This document shows, piece by piece, positions 11,540-23,516 of a stretch of DNA of 36,934 nt. Positions within the stretch are counted from its first letter, which is position 1. Each line of letters opens with the position of its first letter. A program made the translations under genes and the position numbers. The notes under the pieces are model-generated. The model was not told the DNA's origin. It worked only from the letters and a program-made list of their open reading frames with translations, and did not search any database. The stretch is from Macrostomum lignano (Eukaryota): contig NIVC01004727.1 of assembly GCA_002269645.1 (NCBI GenBank), positions 1 through 36,934 on the forward strand, in the 5' to 3' direction.

Positions 11540-13218
11540 GGTTAATTAAGAGTAATAATGGGGGGGTCGATCTGTGCAGTGCATATGTTATTATTCAGTA
11601 ATTCGTTCAGTGATGCTTTTTAATTACAGTTTAAATGTGAGGCCTTATAGTGATGCTTTGTTTATTACATGACTGTATTTGAAGTTGTACGGTCGTAAGT
11701 CTCTTACCAATGCATATAAATAAAATAATATCACTACCACCCTTGCGCATTGCACTACGCAAAATAAATACATGCATTTATATATATATCAGCTATAATG
11801 AATTTACATGTATTTAAATGTGACTGATAATGTTACAGCACATGTATCACTTGTATCTTGATACACATATCGTCGTCATGCATATCTAGAAATGCACATG
11901 CAAAATTAGATCAGTAGAATAGATAAAAAGATGCACTGTGTTTGCATATTGTATACAGCAGGTGGATTCTACGCGCATGGAACACATATATGTACATGTA
12001 GTAATGTAGGTGCAGGAAGCAGATAGACAGATTCAAAGACTCGTCTCGTCCCTCGAATGATCAATGGGAGAGACGAGTTATACTGTACAGCGGAAAAGCG
12101 CGCGGATAAGTAACAACATCAAAATTCACAGCCCGCTGTAGTACATAAGTCTGTGGAGACAGTGTCAGCTGGTGCGCCCAGCAGCTGATATGCACGTGTC
12201 TCCCGGGTCCTCCTTTGATCCCGCGTCCGAACGTTCAGCTTATGTGGTTCTCAAGGGCATTAATTGCATGAATAGGTCACCCTGGCCGCGAAATTTAGCC
12301 CCAAATCAATGCACTGACTGATCGTTCATATTCATTGATATACACTATTCGTAAGCAGGTGTTGTATATTTACATGTACATTTTAAATTTCCGTACTACA
12401 TGTATTTACAAAAGCATTATTCAAGTTTCAGTATTTTCGATAAAAAAGAATTGATTAATGTACCGGAAGCAGACCAGGGAAAACACGTACATGTAAAAAT
12501 TATCATTGGCAGTACAAATTTTTGCATGTTACTCGAAAAAAAATGTTAGTATCTTTGATAAAAAAATTAAACTAATTCTTATAAATTTAGATGCGCTAGC
12601 TAGTACGCATGCATACGTTACTTAAATACATGGATAACAATATAGGGGGCCCATTGAGCTTACTCTGGATTGGGTTGCTTGATGCAGGAAGCACAATCAA
12701 TTAAACACATTCTATTCTTGTTGCATGAATAAATTGATGTAGTTTAGATATATATGTGTATAGTTTTCTGCATTTACTGTTTTATTTGATAATAATTAAT
12801 AGAGAATTAGAACGAAAACAGAATTTTTCATTCATGTTCAGGAAATCGAACAATTTCATCTTATAGAATTTTATCGAACAGTTAATCTTAAGTAGCTACG
12901 GATTTTTCCGCAATACCAGTCGGACTCATGATCATAACATTATAATAATTATTCCACTTGACGAACGTGTACGGTGACGGTTGTCTAAACATTAAAACAA
13001 AACTTTATAGATATTACAGTCTAGTTTATAAACAAATGTAAACCATTTTAAAACAAACGTGCTTTTTATACAGAAACAATAATTAGATAAGAATAGTTCA
13101 TACAATTAAAAGCATCCGGTTTAAAAAGAATGCTATCTTTTTCAACTTAGTCTGATCTGCTAATTTTTTGTTCTGTTGACACGAAACTTATACATTTCGC
13201 GATAATAGTAGATTTTTA

Positions 13219-14450
13219 ATGGATCCACTATTTCAAGCTTTGAGCCTTTTTCGCCGAAGAAAATATGAAAAATGCATTGAAAAATGCACAGAAATACTAG
13301 ACAAGAATTCGTATGATGAGGTAATTAGTACAAATTGATCTTTTTCACTAAAAGTTTCTTCCAATTCCATTGAGGTAGTTCGTCAATTCTGAGAAATGCA
13401 CAATTTTTTTATTAACTGTGAGTATGATGCAAATTTTGCGTGTTGCTGTTTATTGATTAAAATGCATGCTTTAGTTATAATTTAAAACCATATGATTTTT
13501 ACACCATTGTAACAAAAATATTAAAAAGTGGCATCTAGAATTTATTGCTTTTTGTAGACAAATGATACAGAATATATACAAGTTAATTTACTCTTTTAAT
13601 TCAAAATTATTTGTATAAAACAGGATAAAGTATACACAAAATATTTTTATTAATTTAAGGTCTTAATATTGCATTATATCAGACTGCTATTTACCTTCTA
13701 TTATAAAATTGGCAAAAAATGCAATTTTAATTTTGTCTAAATTGATAATAAAATAACCTCCATAATCTATTTTCTTTCTCATTCTTTTCTACAGAAAACC
13801 ACTATAGTTTTAAACTTGTTAATAAAGATTCACATATACAATGACGTACACTTCCAGTAGTATAGAGCGCATTTTAAAAAAAGAGAATTTCATTGCATAA
13901 ATTTAAAACAGGCCGCTTGGCTTCTGAAGATGCAGGCCCTCACCGAGCAGGTCTACGTTGACGATATTGAAAATGACGAGGACGGCATGGCCGAGGGCCT
14001 CCTGGACGACTCCGCCATCGCTTCTGTGGCCCGGCCGGGCACCTCACTGAGGGTTGCCACCGCTGGCGGCGGCTCTGGAGGCCTGCAGCAGGCGATGCGG
14101 CCGTCCACTCAGTCTGGCCGGCCCGTCACCGGCTTCGTCAGGCCCGGCACGCAGGGCTCCGGGGCCGGCTCGCTGGAACAGGTCTGCCTGTGTCTGCCTG
14201 TGTGTCTGCCTGTGTGTCTGCCTGTGTGTCTGCCTGTGTGTCTGCCTTTGTGTCTGCCCGTGTGTCTGCCTGTGTGTCTGCCTGTGTGTCTGCCTTTGTG
14301 TCTGCCTTTGTGTCTGCCTGTGTGTCTGCCTGTGTGTCTGCCTGTGTGTCTACCTGTGTGTCTGCCTGTGTGTCTGCCTGTCTGTCTGTCTGCCTGTCTG
14401 TTTTAGTGTCTGTCTGTCTGTCTGTCTGTCTGTCTGCCTGTCTGTCTTAG

Positions 14451-14487
<37 letters not shown>

Positions 14488-17400
14488 GCCTGTCTGCCTG
14501 TCTGCCTGTCTGACTGACTGTCTGTCTTAGTGTCTGTCTGTCTGTCTGTCTTAGTGTCTGTCTTAGTGTCTGTCTGTCTGTGTGTCTGTCTGTCTGTCTG
14601 TCTGTCTGTCTGCCTGTCTGCCTGTCTGCCTGTCTGTGTTATTAGCCTGTCCATAAGCCTGTGCCCGCACTTCACTCATGAATACCCTAACCCTTCCCCA
14701 TCAAACCCTCTCTCAGGCTCTGAAGACGCCTCGAACCGCGTCGAACGCTCGCCCAGTGACGTCATCATCTGGCCGGCTGGTCCGTCTTGGCACAGCCTCC
14801 ATGCTGAGCAGCCCGGATGGACCCTTCATCAATTTGAGCCGATTGAACTTTTCCAAATACGCCCCAAAACCGCAGATGAGTCGGGCGCTATTCGAGTACA
14901 TTTTATATCACGAGAACGACGTTAGAACGGCTCTTCAACTTGCTGCCATGGCGACAGAGGCGCACCAGTTCCAGGACTGGTGGTGGAAGCTGCAGCTGGC
15001 CAGGTGCTACTACAAGCTGGGCCTGTTCAGAGACTGCGAGCAGCAGCTGCGATCTGCCATGAAGCAGCAGGAGTGCCTGGAAAGCTATTTGTTGCTAGGC
15101 AAAGTGTACACCAAGCTCGACCAGCCGCTTGCGGCCATAGACAACTACAATCAGGGCCTCACTAAGTTTCCCAACGACCGCTGTCTGCTTACTGGATTGG
15201 CTCGGATTCAGGAGGTTGGAGACTCTTCGAGTGGCTTGGGGATTGGGGTTGGATTAAGGTTTAGGGTTGGATTAAGAATTAGGGTTAGATTAAGGATTAG
15301 GTTAAACTAAGGATTACAGGGCTAGATGAAGGATTAGGGCTAGATTGGAGATTAAAGTTAGATTTAGTATTAGAGTTAGAGGTTGGAATATGGCAGAGGG
15401 CGGATTGGGGGAGCGGCCAGATCGGGGCAGAGGGCGGATTGGGGGAGCGGCCAGATCGGGGTAGAGGCCAGATCGGGGCAGAGGGGCGGATCGGGGCAGA
15501 GGGGCGGATCGGGGCAGAGGGGCGGATCGGGGCAGAGGGGCGGATCGGGGCAGAGGGGCGGATCGGGGCAGAGGGGCGGATCGGGGCAGAGGGGCGGATC
15601 GGGGCAGAGGGGCGGATCGGGGCAGAGGGGCGGATCGGGGCAGAGGGGCGGATCGGGGCAGAGGGGCGGATCGGGCAGAGGGGCGGATCGGGCAGAGGGG
15701 CGGATCGGGGCAGAGGGGCGGATCAGATGACGTGTTTCGCACCGCCTCTCCCCCACAGGGCCTGGGCAACCTGGAGAAAGCTGCCGAGTGCTACAAAGAT
15801 GTTCTTCGCTACGACGCCATGAATGTGGAAGCGTTGGCGTCCATAGCAACCCAATATTTCTATAACGACCAACCTGAGCTGGCTCTGAAACTCTACAGGT
15901 GAGGGGAGAAGAGCAGAAAAGAGCAATTCCTCCGACTCTCATCACCGCAGGCTGTGGTAGAGAGACTGGTAATTTTCCTCAGAGATTCGTCTTCCTGCCC
16001 GACATCCCCATGCAGTTCGGCCGGCCCTAGAAACCCCTCAGGCCTCCAAAAGAATTATTTTTTACAGTCTCGAGTTTCAAATCCGAGAAGGCTTGCTTCC
16101 TGAAATTAATATTCTTTCCCGTCGAAGAGAGATGCAGAAGCGGTTTCAATTGCTATTCGATTCTGAAGGTGCCGTTAGGTCTGCATGCTGACGTCTTCGA
16201 AAACTACCAGCTTCACTTCTTGACTGACTGGCAGCAAGTGACAGATGTCAGACAAATTTTGGCAAACCTTTTGTATTGCGTGCCAGCGAAACCTCTAATT
16301 CGTTCTAGGATGGGTCATCAATGACCCTAGGTCATCAATGACCCTAGGTAATCAATGACCCTAGATAATCAGTGACCCTAGGTAATCAATGACCCTAGGT
16401 CATCAATGACCCTAGGTAATCAATGACCCTAGATAATCAGTGACCCTAGGTAATCAGTGACCCTAGGTAATCAGTGACCCTAGATAATCAGTGACCCTAG
16501 GTAATCAATGACCCTAGGTAATCAATGACCCTAGGTAATCAATGACCCTGGGTAATCAGTGACCCTAGGTAATCAATGACCCTAAGTCATCAATTACCCT
16601 AATTCATCAATGATCCTAATTAATAAATGACCCTAACTCATCAATGACCCTAGTTCATCATGAATTTCTCATGACCCTAAATCGTTAAAAACCCTACGTC
16701 ATCAATGACCCTAAGTCTTCATGACCCTAACTCATCAGTGACCCTAAGTCTTCATGACCCTAACTCATTAATGACCCTAAATCATTAATGACCCTAAATC
16801 GTTAATGACCCTAGGTCATCAATGACCCTGGCCTAAGTCTCCAATGACTCATTTCTAATGACCCATTATTTCATGAGCCATGCTTAAAAAAATACTATTT
16901 CCAGACGGCTGCTTCAGCTGGGCCTCGCCTCTGCCGAGCTCTACACCAACTTGGCCCTGTGCTGCTTCTACGCTCAGCAGTACGACATGTGCCTGACCTG
17001 CTTTGACCGCGCCATCACCGTGGCTAAGAAGGAGGAGCTGGCTGATGTGTGGTACAACCTGGGTCACGTGGCATTGGTGAGACAGTCTGGGAGTTCAAAG
17101 CTGCTTAAATTAAATAGTGTATATGATTCAGGGCAAAGGTAGAAAACAGTGAGTATTGAGTAGATCACAGTGAGTAGAGAGTAGATTAAAGTGAGTAGAG
17201 AGTAGGTTTCAGTGAGTAGAGAGTAGGTTACAGTGAGTAGAGAGTAGATAACAGTGAGTAGAGAGTAGATTACAGTGAATAGAGTAGATTACAGTGAGTA
17301 GAGAGTAGATTACAGTGAATAGAGTAGATTACAGTGAGTACAGAGTAGAATACAGTGAGTAGAGAGTAGATTACAGTTAATAGAGTAGATTACAGTGAGC

Positions 17401-19216
17401 AGAGAGTAGATTACAGTGAGTAGAGAGTAGATTACAGTGAGTAGAGAGCAGATTAAAGTGAGTAGAGAGTAGATTACAGTGAATACAGTACGAGTAGATT
17501 ACAGTGAGTAGAGAGAAGGCTATAACTTACAGAAGAAAGTGTAGAGGTGAGACAAAACTTCGCCCTTCAAATGTACCCCTAGCCCCACCTTTTCAAGGTG
17601 AGACGCAGATTTCCTTTCAAAGCAGCGTGACCTAGCCGCTAGCTGTGCTGCTTAACCTGAAAATTCACTCAGAAGAACAGCTGCTTAATTCTTGTTATCC
17701 AAAGATAACCCAAGGAAAAATAAACTTGGGATGTTATGTACTTTTACAGTTACTTGCTTGCTTGTATGACATATTCCCAGATAGAAAGAGTAGGATATGA
17801 TTGGTGAAATCTGAGAGAGTTTGAGATCAAAATTGACGAGACAGAAAGGGTTTTAGATGAAGGGATGGGCATGAAGAGATGGACAGGAAGGAACGTGAGA
17901 TGAAGGGATGGACAGGAAAGGATGCGAGATGAAGGGATGAACAGGAAAGGATGCGAGATGAAGGGATAAACATGAAGTGATAAGCATGAAGGGATAAACA
18001 TGAAGTGATAAACATGAAGGGATAAACATAAAGGGATAAACATGAAGGGATGCACATGAAAGGATGGACAGAAAGGGATGTGAGATGAAGGGATGGAAAG
18101 GAAATGATGTGAGATAAGGAGATAGACTGGAAGGGATATGAGATAAAGGGGTGTGAGATGAAGGGGTGCGAGATAAAGGGATGGACAAGAAGGGGTGTGA
18201 GATGAAGGGGTGTGAGATGAAGAGGTGTGAGATAAAGGGATGGACAAGAAGGGGTGTGAGATGAAGGGGTGTGAGATAAAGGGATGGAAAAGAAGGGGTG
18301 TGAGATGAAGGGGTGTGAGATGAAGGGGTGTGAGATAAAGGGATGAATAAGAAGGGATGTGAAATGAAGGGGTGTGAGATGAAGGGGTGTGAGATGAAGG
18401 GGTGTGAGATGAAGGGGTGTGAGATGAAGGGGTGTGAGATGAAGGGGTGTGAGATGAAGGGGTGTGAGATGAAGGGGTGTGAGATGAAGGGGTGTGAGAT
18501 GAAGGGGTGTGAGATAAAGGGATGGACAAGAAGGGATGTGAGATGAAGGGGTGTGAGATGAAGGGGTGTGAGACAAAGGGATGGACAAGAAGGGATGTGA
18601 GATGAAGGGGTGTGAGATGAAGGGGTGTGAGATGAAGGGGTGTGAGATGAAGGGGTGTGAGATGAAGGGGTGTGAGATGAAGGGGTGTGAGATGAAGGGG
18701 TGTGAGATAAAGGGATGAATAAGAAGGGATGTGAGATGAAGGGGTGTGAGATGAAGGGTTGTGAGATAAAGGGATGAATAAGAAGGGATGTGAGATCAAG
18801 CAAGGACAGAAAAGTACACAGTTACACATGGAGACTTCCGCTCTGATTCAAGCCACTTTCCTGACGGCACCAATCCGACTGCCTTCCCGCAGGCGGTGGG
18901 AGACCTCAGCCTCTCCTACCAGGCGTTCCGCTTGGCCCTATCCTACAACAACGATCACGCGGAGGCCTACAACAACTTGGGAGTGCTGGAACTGCGCCGC
19001 AACAATCTGGAGATGGCGCGCTCGTTTTTTCAAGCCGCCAGCACCCTCAGCCCGTCGATGTTCGAGCCGCACTACAATGTGGCAATCATGGCTGAGCGCA
19101 TGGGTGACCTTCAATCAGCCTACCAGTCGGTCAATCGGGCCCAGCAGTTTTTCCCCAACCATTCCGACTCCAAGGATATGCTGAATGCGCTTAAAGTACA
19201 TTTCTCTGAGATTTAA
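13219..19216 (+). CDS. BBS8: Bardet-Biedl syndrome 8 / TTC8 BBSome TPR subunit, 501 aa; exons 13219-13320, 13912-14181, 14717-15214, 15759-15898, 16905-17076, 18893-19216
   Basis: Recognisable BBS8 sequence: MDPLF..LSLFRRRKY..C..SYDE|AAWLLK..ALTEQVYVDD, RPGTSL, RP.TQSGRP.TGF.RPGT, TPRTA..ARP.TSSSGR.VRLGTASM, followed by TPR repeats. All exons join in phase via GT-AG (1506 nt). Confidence 0.95.
14182..14637. repeat. BBS8 intron 2: 12-bp (TGTGTCTGCCTG)n grading into (TGTC)n
   Basis: The array begins at the donor GT itself. Confidence 0.95.
15235..15385. repeat. BBS8 intron 3: degenerate GGATTAGGGTT-like repeat
   Basis: Loose ~17-18 bp periodicity. Confidence 0.6.
15396..15724. repeat. BBS8 intron 3: 18-bp G-rich minisatellite GAGGGGCGGATCGGGGCA
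   Basis: Near-perfect units from ~15466, with diverged units upstream. Confidence 0.95.
16312..16830. repeat. BBS8 intron 4: 17-bp minisatellite ATGACCCTAGGT(C/A)ATCA
   Basis: Tandem array, homogeneous at the 5' end and degenerate at the 3' end. Confidence 0.95.
17147..17515. repeat. BBS8 intron 5: ~21-bp minisatellite CAGTGAGTAGAGAGTAGATTA
   Basis: Tandem array with shorter 19-bp variants. Confidence 0.92.
17855..18797. repeat. BBS8 intron 5: purine-rich 15-bp minisatellite GTGAGATGAAGGGGT with longer variants
   Basis: Tandem array, most homogeneous at 18360-18515 and 18590-18710. Confidence 0.93.
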
Positions 19217-19453
19217 ACACAATTGATGCTCGAGTAAGCATCATGGAGACAGACTTCAATATTGCACTGACGACATCTGCAATTTTACATTAAAATATCT
19301 GGTAAAAAATAAAATTCTAATAAAATTGCACCTGTGATATAGGCTTTTTAAGTGGTATATTACTGCGAGAACAGTTAAAGCCAATCTCTGCTTTCACTGT
19401 TTTCACTTATTAAAGAATGGAAATTTCTTAATGTCTACTTAAAATTATTTTTG

Positions 19454-20820
<1,367 letters not shown>

Positions 20821-21098
20821 AACTTTATTTGGATATGTTGTGTCCCCATTCGATGAGCTTTGACAGTTAATTAACACAGTGGCAGCCCTACAACCTGTGG
20901 TTATACGACCTACAATTCTTGTCTCAGTGCTGCGTGATTAGGAGCCGTATTTGTCCCCGGGGCTGCAGCAGGGAGCGAGTTGTTTTTATTAGAGAGCTGC
21001 ACAGATGAGAATTGAGGAGTATGTGGGAAGCTATCTATGTATTCATCTATCTCTTATCTAAGTAAGATAAGTAAGTCTCATTGAGTGACGTCAAGTGC

Positions 21099-21104
21099 TT
21101 TATT
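21099..21104 (-). terminator. Candidate polyadenylation signal AATAAA for the neuropeptide gene
   Basis: TTTATT on the + strand about 130 nt beyond the stop codon. Confidence 0.45.
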
Positions 21105-21232
21105 TCAAGGGTAAATGAACGAAGAAATTGAGAAGAAAACTCATAGTTATGCAACACTTTCCGCATATATTTAATGATATTTGCTCTCATAGTTGGCTTT
21201 TTCGAATTCAAGGGTGTCAATTGCTCTTGGAC

Positions 21233-21754
21233 TTAGTTCCGGTCGGAATCTCCTGCGCTCAAGCCGCGCTTCCAGAACGGAGCTCGCTTCCAGAACGGAG
21301 CCCGCTTCCAGAATGGGGCGCGCTTCCAGAACGGAGCCCGCTTCCAAAACGGAGCTCGCTTCCAGAACGGAGCCCGCTTCCAGAATGGGGCGCGCTTCCA
21401 GAACGGAGCCCGCTTCCAAAACGGAGCTCGCTTCCAGAACGGAGCCCGCTTCCAGAACGGAGCTCGCTTCCAGAACGGAGCGCGCTTCCAGAACGGAGCC
21501 CGCTTCCAGAACGGAGCCCGCTTCCAAAACGGAGCTCGCTTCCAGAACGGAGCCCGCTTATTTTCGCCATGCAGTCCAGCAGTCCACCGAGCGATGATTT
21601 TCTTTGTCACATCCTCATTCAGGATACTACCGGTACTGCGCATCTCCCGTGTCAGGTGCCTGCTGGTGCTTTCCAAAGCGGAGGAGGCGTCATCCACTGC
21701 AACAACCGCTAGAAGGACCGATGCGAACAACAATGTCAGCGACAACCTTGGCAT
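21233..21754 (-). CDS. Neuropeptide precursor, 173 aa, with a signal peptide and 16 tandem APFW-KR units
   Basis: Starts at ATG with a hydrophobic signal peptide (MPRLSLTLLFASVLLAVVA), then a spacer, then KR-(APFW-KR)x16 and GLSAGDSDRN-stop. Unit-to-unit variation is synonymous only. Confidence 0.9.
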   Translation of the reverse strand: MPRLSLTLLFASVLLAVVAVDDASSALESTSRHLTREMRSTGSILNEDVTKKIIARWTAGLHGENKRAPFWKRAPFWKRAPFWKRAPFWKRAPFWKRAPFWKRAPFWKRAPFWKRAPFWKRAPFWKRAPFWKRAPFWKRAPFWKRAPFWKRAPFWKRAPFWKRGLSAGDSDRN

Positions 21755-22106
21755 TGTAGCGCAGGTTTCACTGCAACATAGATTGAAAAATTCAAACGTA
21801 CCTGGTATATTACGAGCGTAAAAGTCTATACGATGACATCTGAACGTGAATGCATCAAAGACATGTTTACCTTAAAGGCTTTCGATACAGTCAATAATTC
21901 ACAAAATATTTTGCCGCTAATCCGCCTTGTTGACTCAGAGTGGGGCGAGCGGAGCGACCGTGAATTACCGACTTTATAAGATGCTGGTGGATTGTCAGCC
22001 TTTGCCGATTTGCTGGAAGTCTGTGAGCTCTGGTTGGCTCGATGAATACGGATCTTTTGAGGGCTCGTGTCTTCGTTGTCTGCTTCCTGTCTTCTGAAAT
22101 TTTTTC

Positions 22107-22659
22107 TAGTGTCTGGCTTAGTGCACTAGTGACTTAGTGCACTTAGTGTCTTAGTGTCTGGCTTAGTGCACTAGTGACTTAGTGCACTTAGTGTCTTAAT
22201 GTCTGGCTTAGTGCACTAGTGACTTAAGTGCACTTAGTGTCTTAGTGTCTGGCTTAGTGCACTAGTGACTTAGTGCACTTAGTGTCTTAGTGTCTGGCTT
22301 AGTGCACTAGTGACTTAGTGCACCTAGTGTCTTAGTGTCTGGCTTAGTGCACTAGTGACTTAAGTGCACTTAGTGTCTTAGTGTCTGGCTTAGTGCACTA
22401 GTGACTTAGTGCACTTAGTGTCTTAGTGTCTGGCTTAGTGCACTAGTGACTTAGTGCACCTAGTGTCTTAGTGTCTGGCTTAGTGCACTAGTGACTTAAG
22501 TGCACTTAGTGTCTTAGTGTCTGGCTTAGTGCACTAGTGACTTAGTGCACCTAGTGTCTTAGTGTCTGGCTTAGTGCACTAGTGACTTAGTGCACTTAGT
22601 GTCTTAGTGTCTGGCTTAGTGCACTAGTGACTTAAGTGCACTTAGTGTCTTAGTGTCTG
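22107..22659. repeat. 45/46-bp satellite built of TAGTG subunits, about 12 copies, 136-bp higher-order period
   Basis: Unit TAGTGTCTGGCTTAGTGCACTAGTGACTTAGTGCACTTAGTGTCT; the extra-A variant recurs at 22226, 22362, 22498 and 22634. Confidence 0.95.
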
Positions 22660-23342
22660 CGTACAATATTAAAACTAGTGCGGGATACGCCAAAGGCTGC
22701 TTCAACTGATCTAGCCCGTCCAACCAAGGCTCTTTGATGGCACCAGAAGGCGATGCTCACTAGTTGAGTCCAGCATCTTTACAAAATCTCACTAAAAATC
22801 AAAATAACAGGCAACTACAGCCATGGTGCAGCTTCATTCAGTAGACAAGCAGCGAATTACATGTAGCATCAAGCGGCGAATCGAATTGTCTCTCACAGTG
22901 GGTGGAGCAGTGGGCAATTTTTGTTCATTTACTCTCGTTTGGTCTGCTACTGGACTTCACCGGATCTTTACAAGATGTCGGCCGAGTCTGCAGCACAAGA
23001 TTTCAAGGTGACACCGACGATCCAGTTGAAATCAAAGACGCATTCGTTCCTGAGTTCATCTGCGAGGAGTTTGATTTGCCGACTACCGACGACCCTGATG
23101 TACAACGACTTCTCTTGGAGTTCAAAGACTTCAGTAGAGAAAAAGCCGGGGCTAACTCGATCAGCCAGGACAGTGAGAGCTTTTGGCTATGGTTTAGATG
23201 TGGAGGTCCTGCAGTTAAACCTGTGGTCCAGGCTTTGCGAGTGAGGTCCAGGCATTGGACTTGCTTGCTTCTCCATGAAAATTTCCTTTCCATAGAGGGT
23301 ACGAGGGGCTTCGTGGTCCAGAGTAGTCTAGTTTGTTGGTAG

Positions 23343-23516
23343 TGTAGTGAAACTACAAGAAAACTTAAGAGTTGAATGGAAATATATTTTATGAGTTTAA
23401 CGATGTAAGGATTGGGGCGAGAAACTTAGCTGCGAGAAAGAACTGTAAAAGGAAATTAGTCTATGGCAAATTATAACAACTGAGTCGCAAATAAAAAGTA
23501 CAACAAAATACCCATA
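23343..23516 (-). repeat. Gypsy 3' LTR (174 bp)
   Basis: Aligns to 27716-27888 with roughly 7 substitutions and 4 small indels (manual count). Confidence 0.92.

Noticed and set aside
12081-12210. H/ACA snoRNA interpretation of hairpins 2 and 3
   Set aside because: An ANANNA-like hinge is present but no ACA box follows hairpin 3; kept only as an unclassified structure.
15235-15385. Telomere-like TTAGGG hexamers in BBS8 intron 3
   Set aside because: Isolated hexamers within a longer degenerate unit, not tandem telomeric repeat.
21128-21712. Alternative-frame ORFs over the APFW repeat (LPERSS.., RTEPAS.., SGSELR..)
   Set aside because: Only the APFWKR frame has an ATG, a signal peptide, dibasic sites and purely synonymous variation.
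22902-23342. 146-aa ORF ending at the Gypsy TSD
   Set aside because: Starts at GTG, has no recognisable motif, and competing open frames exist on both strands.
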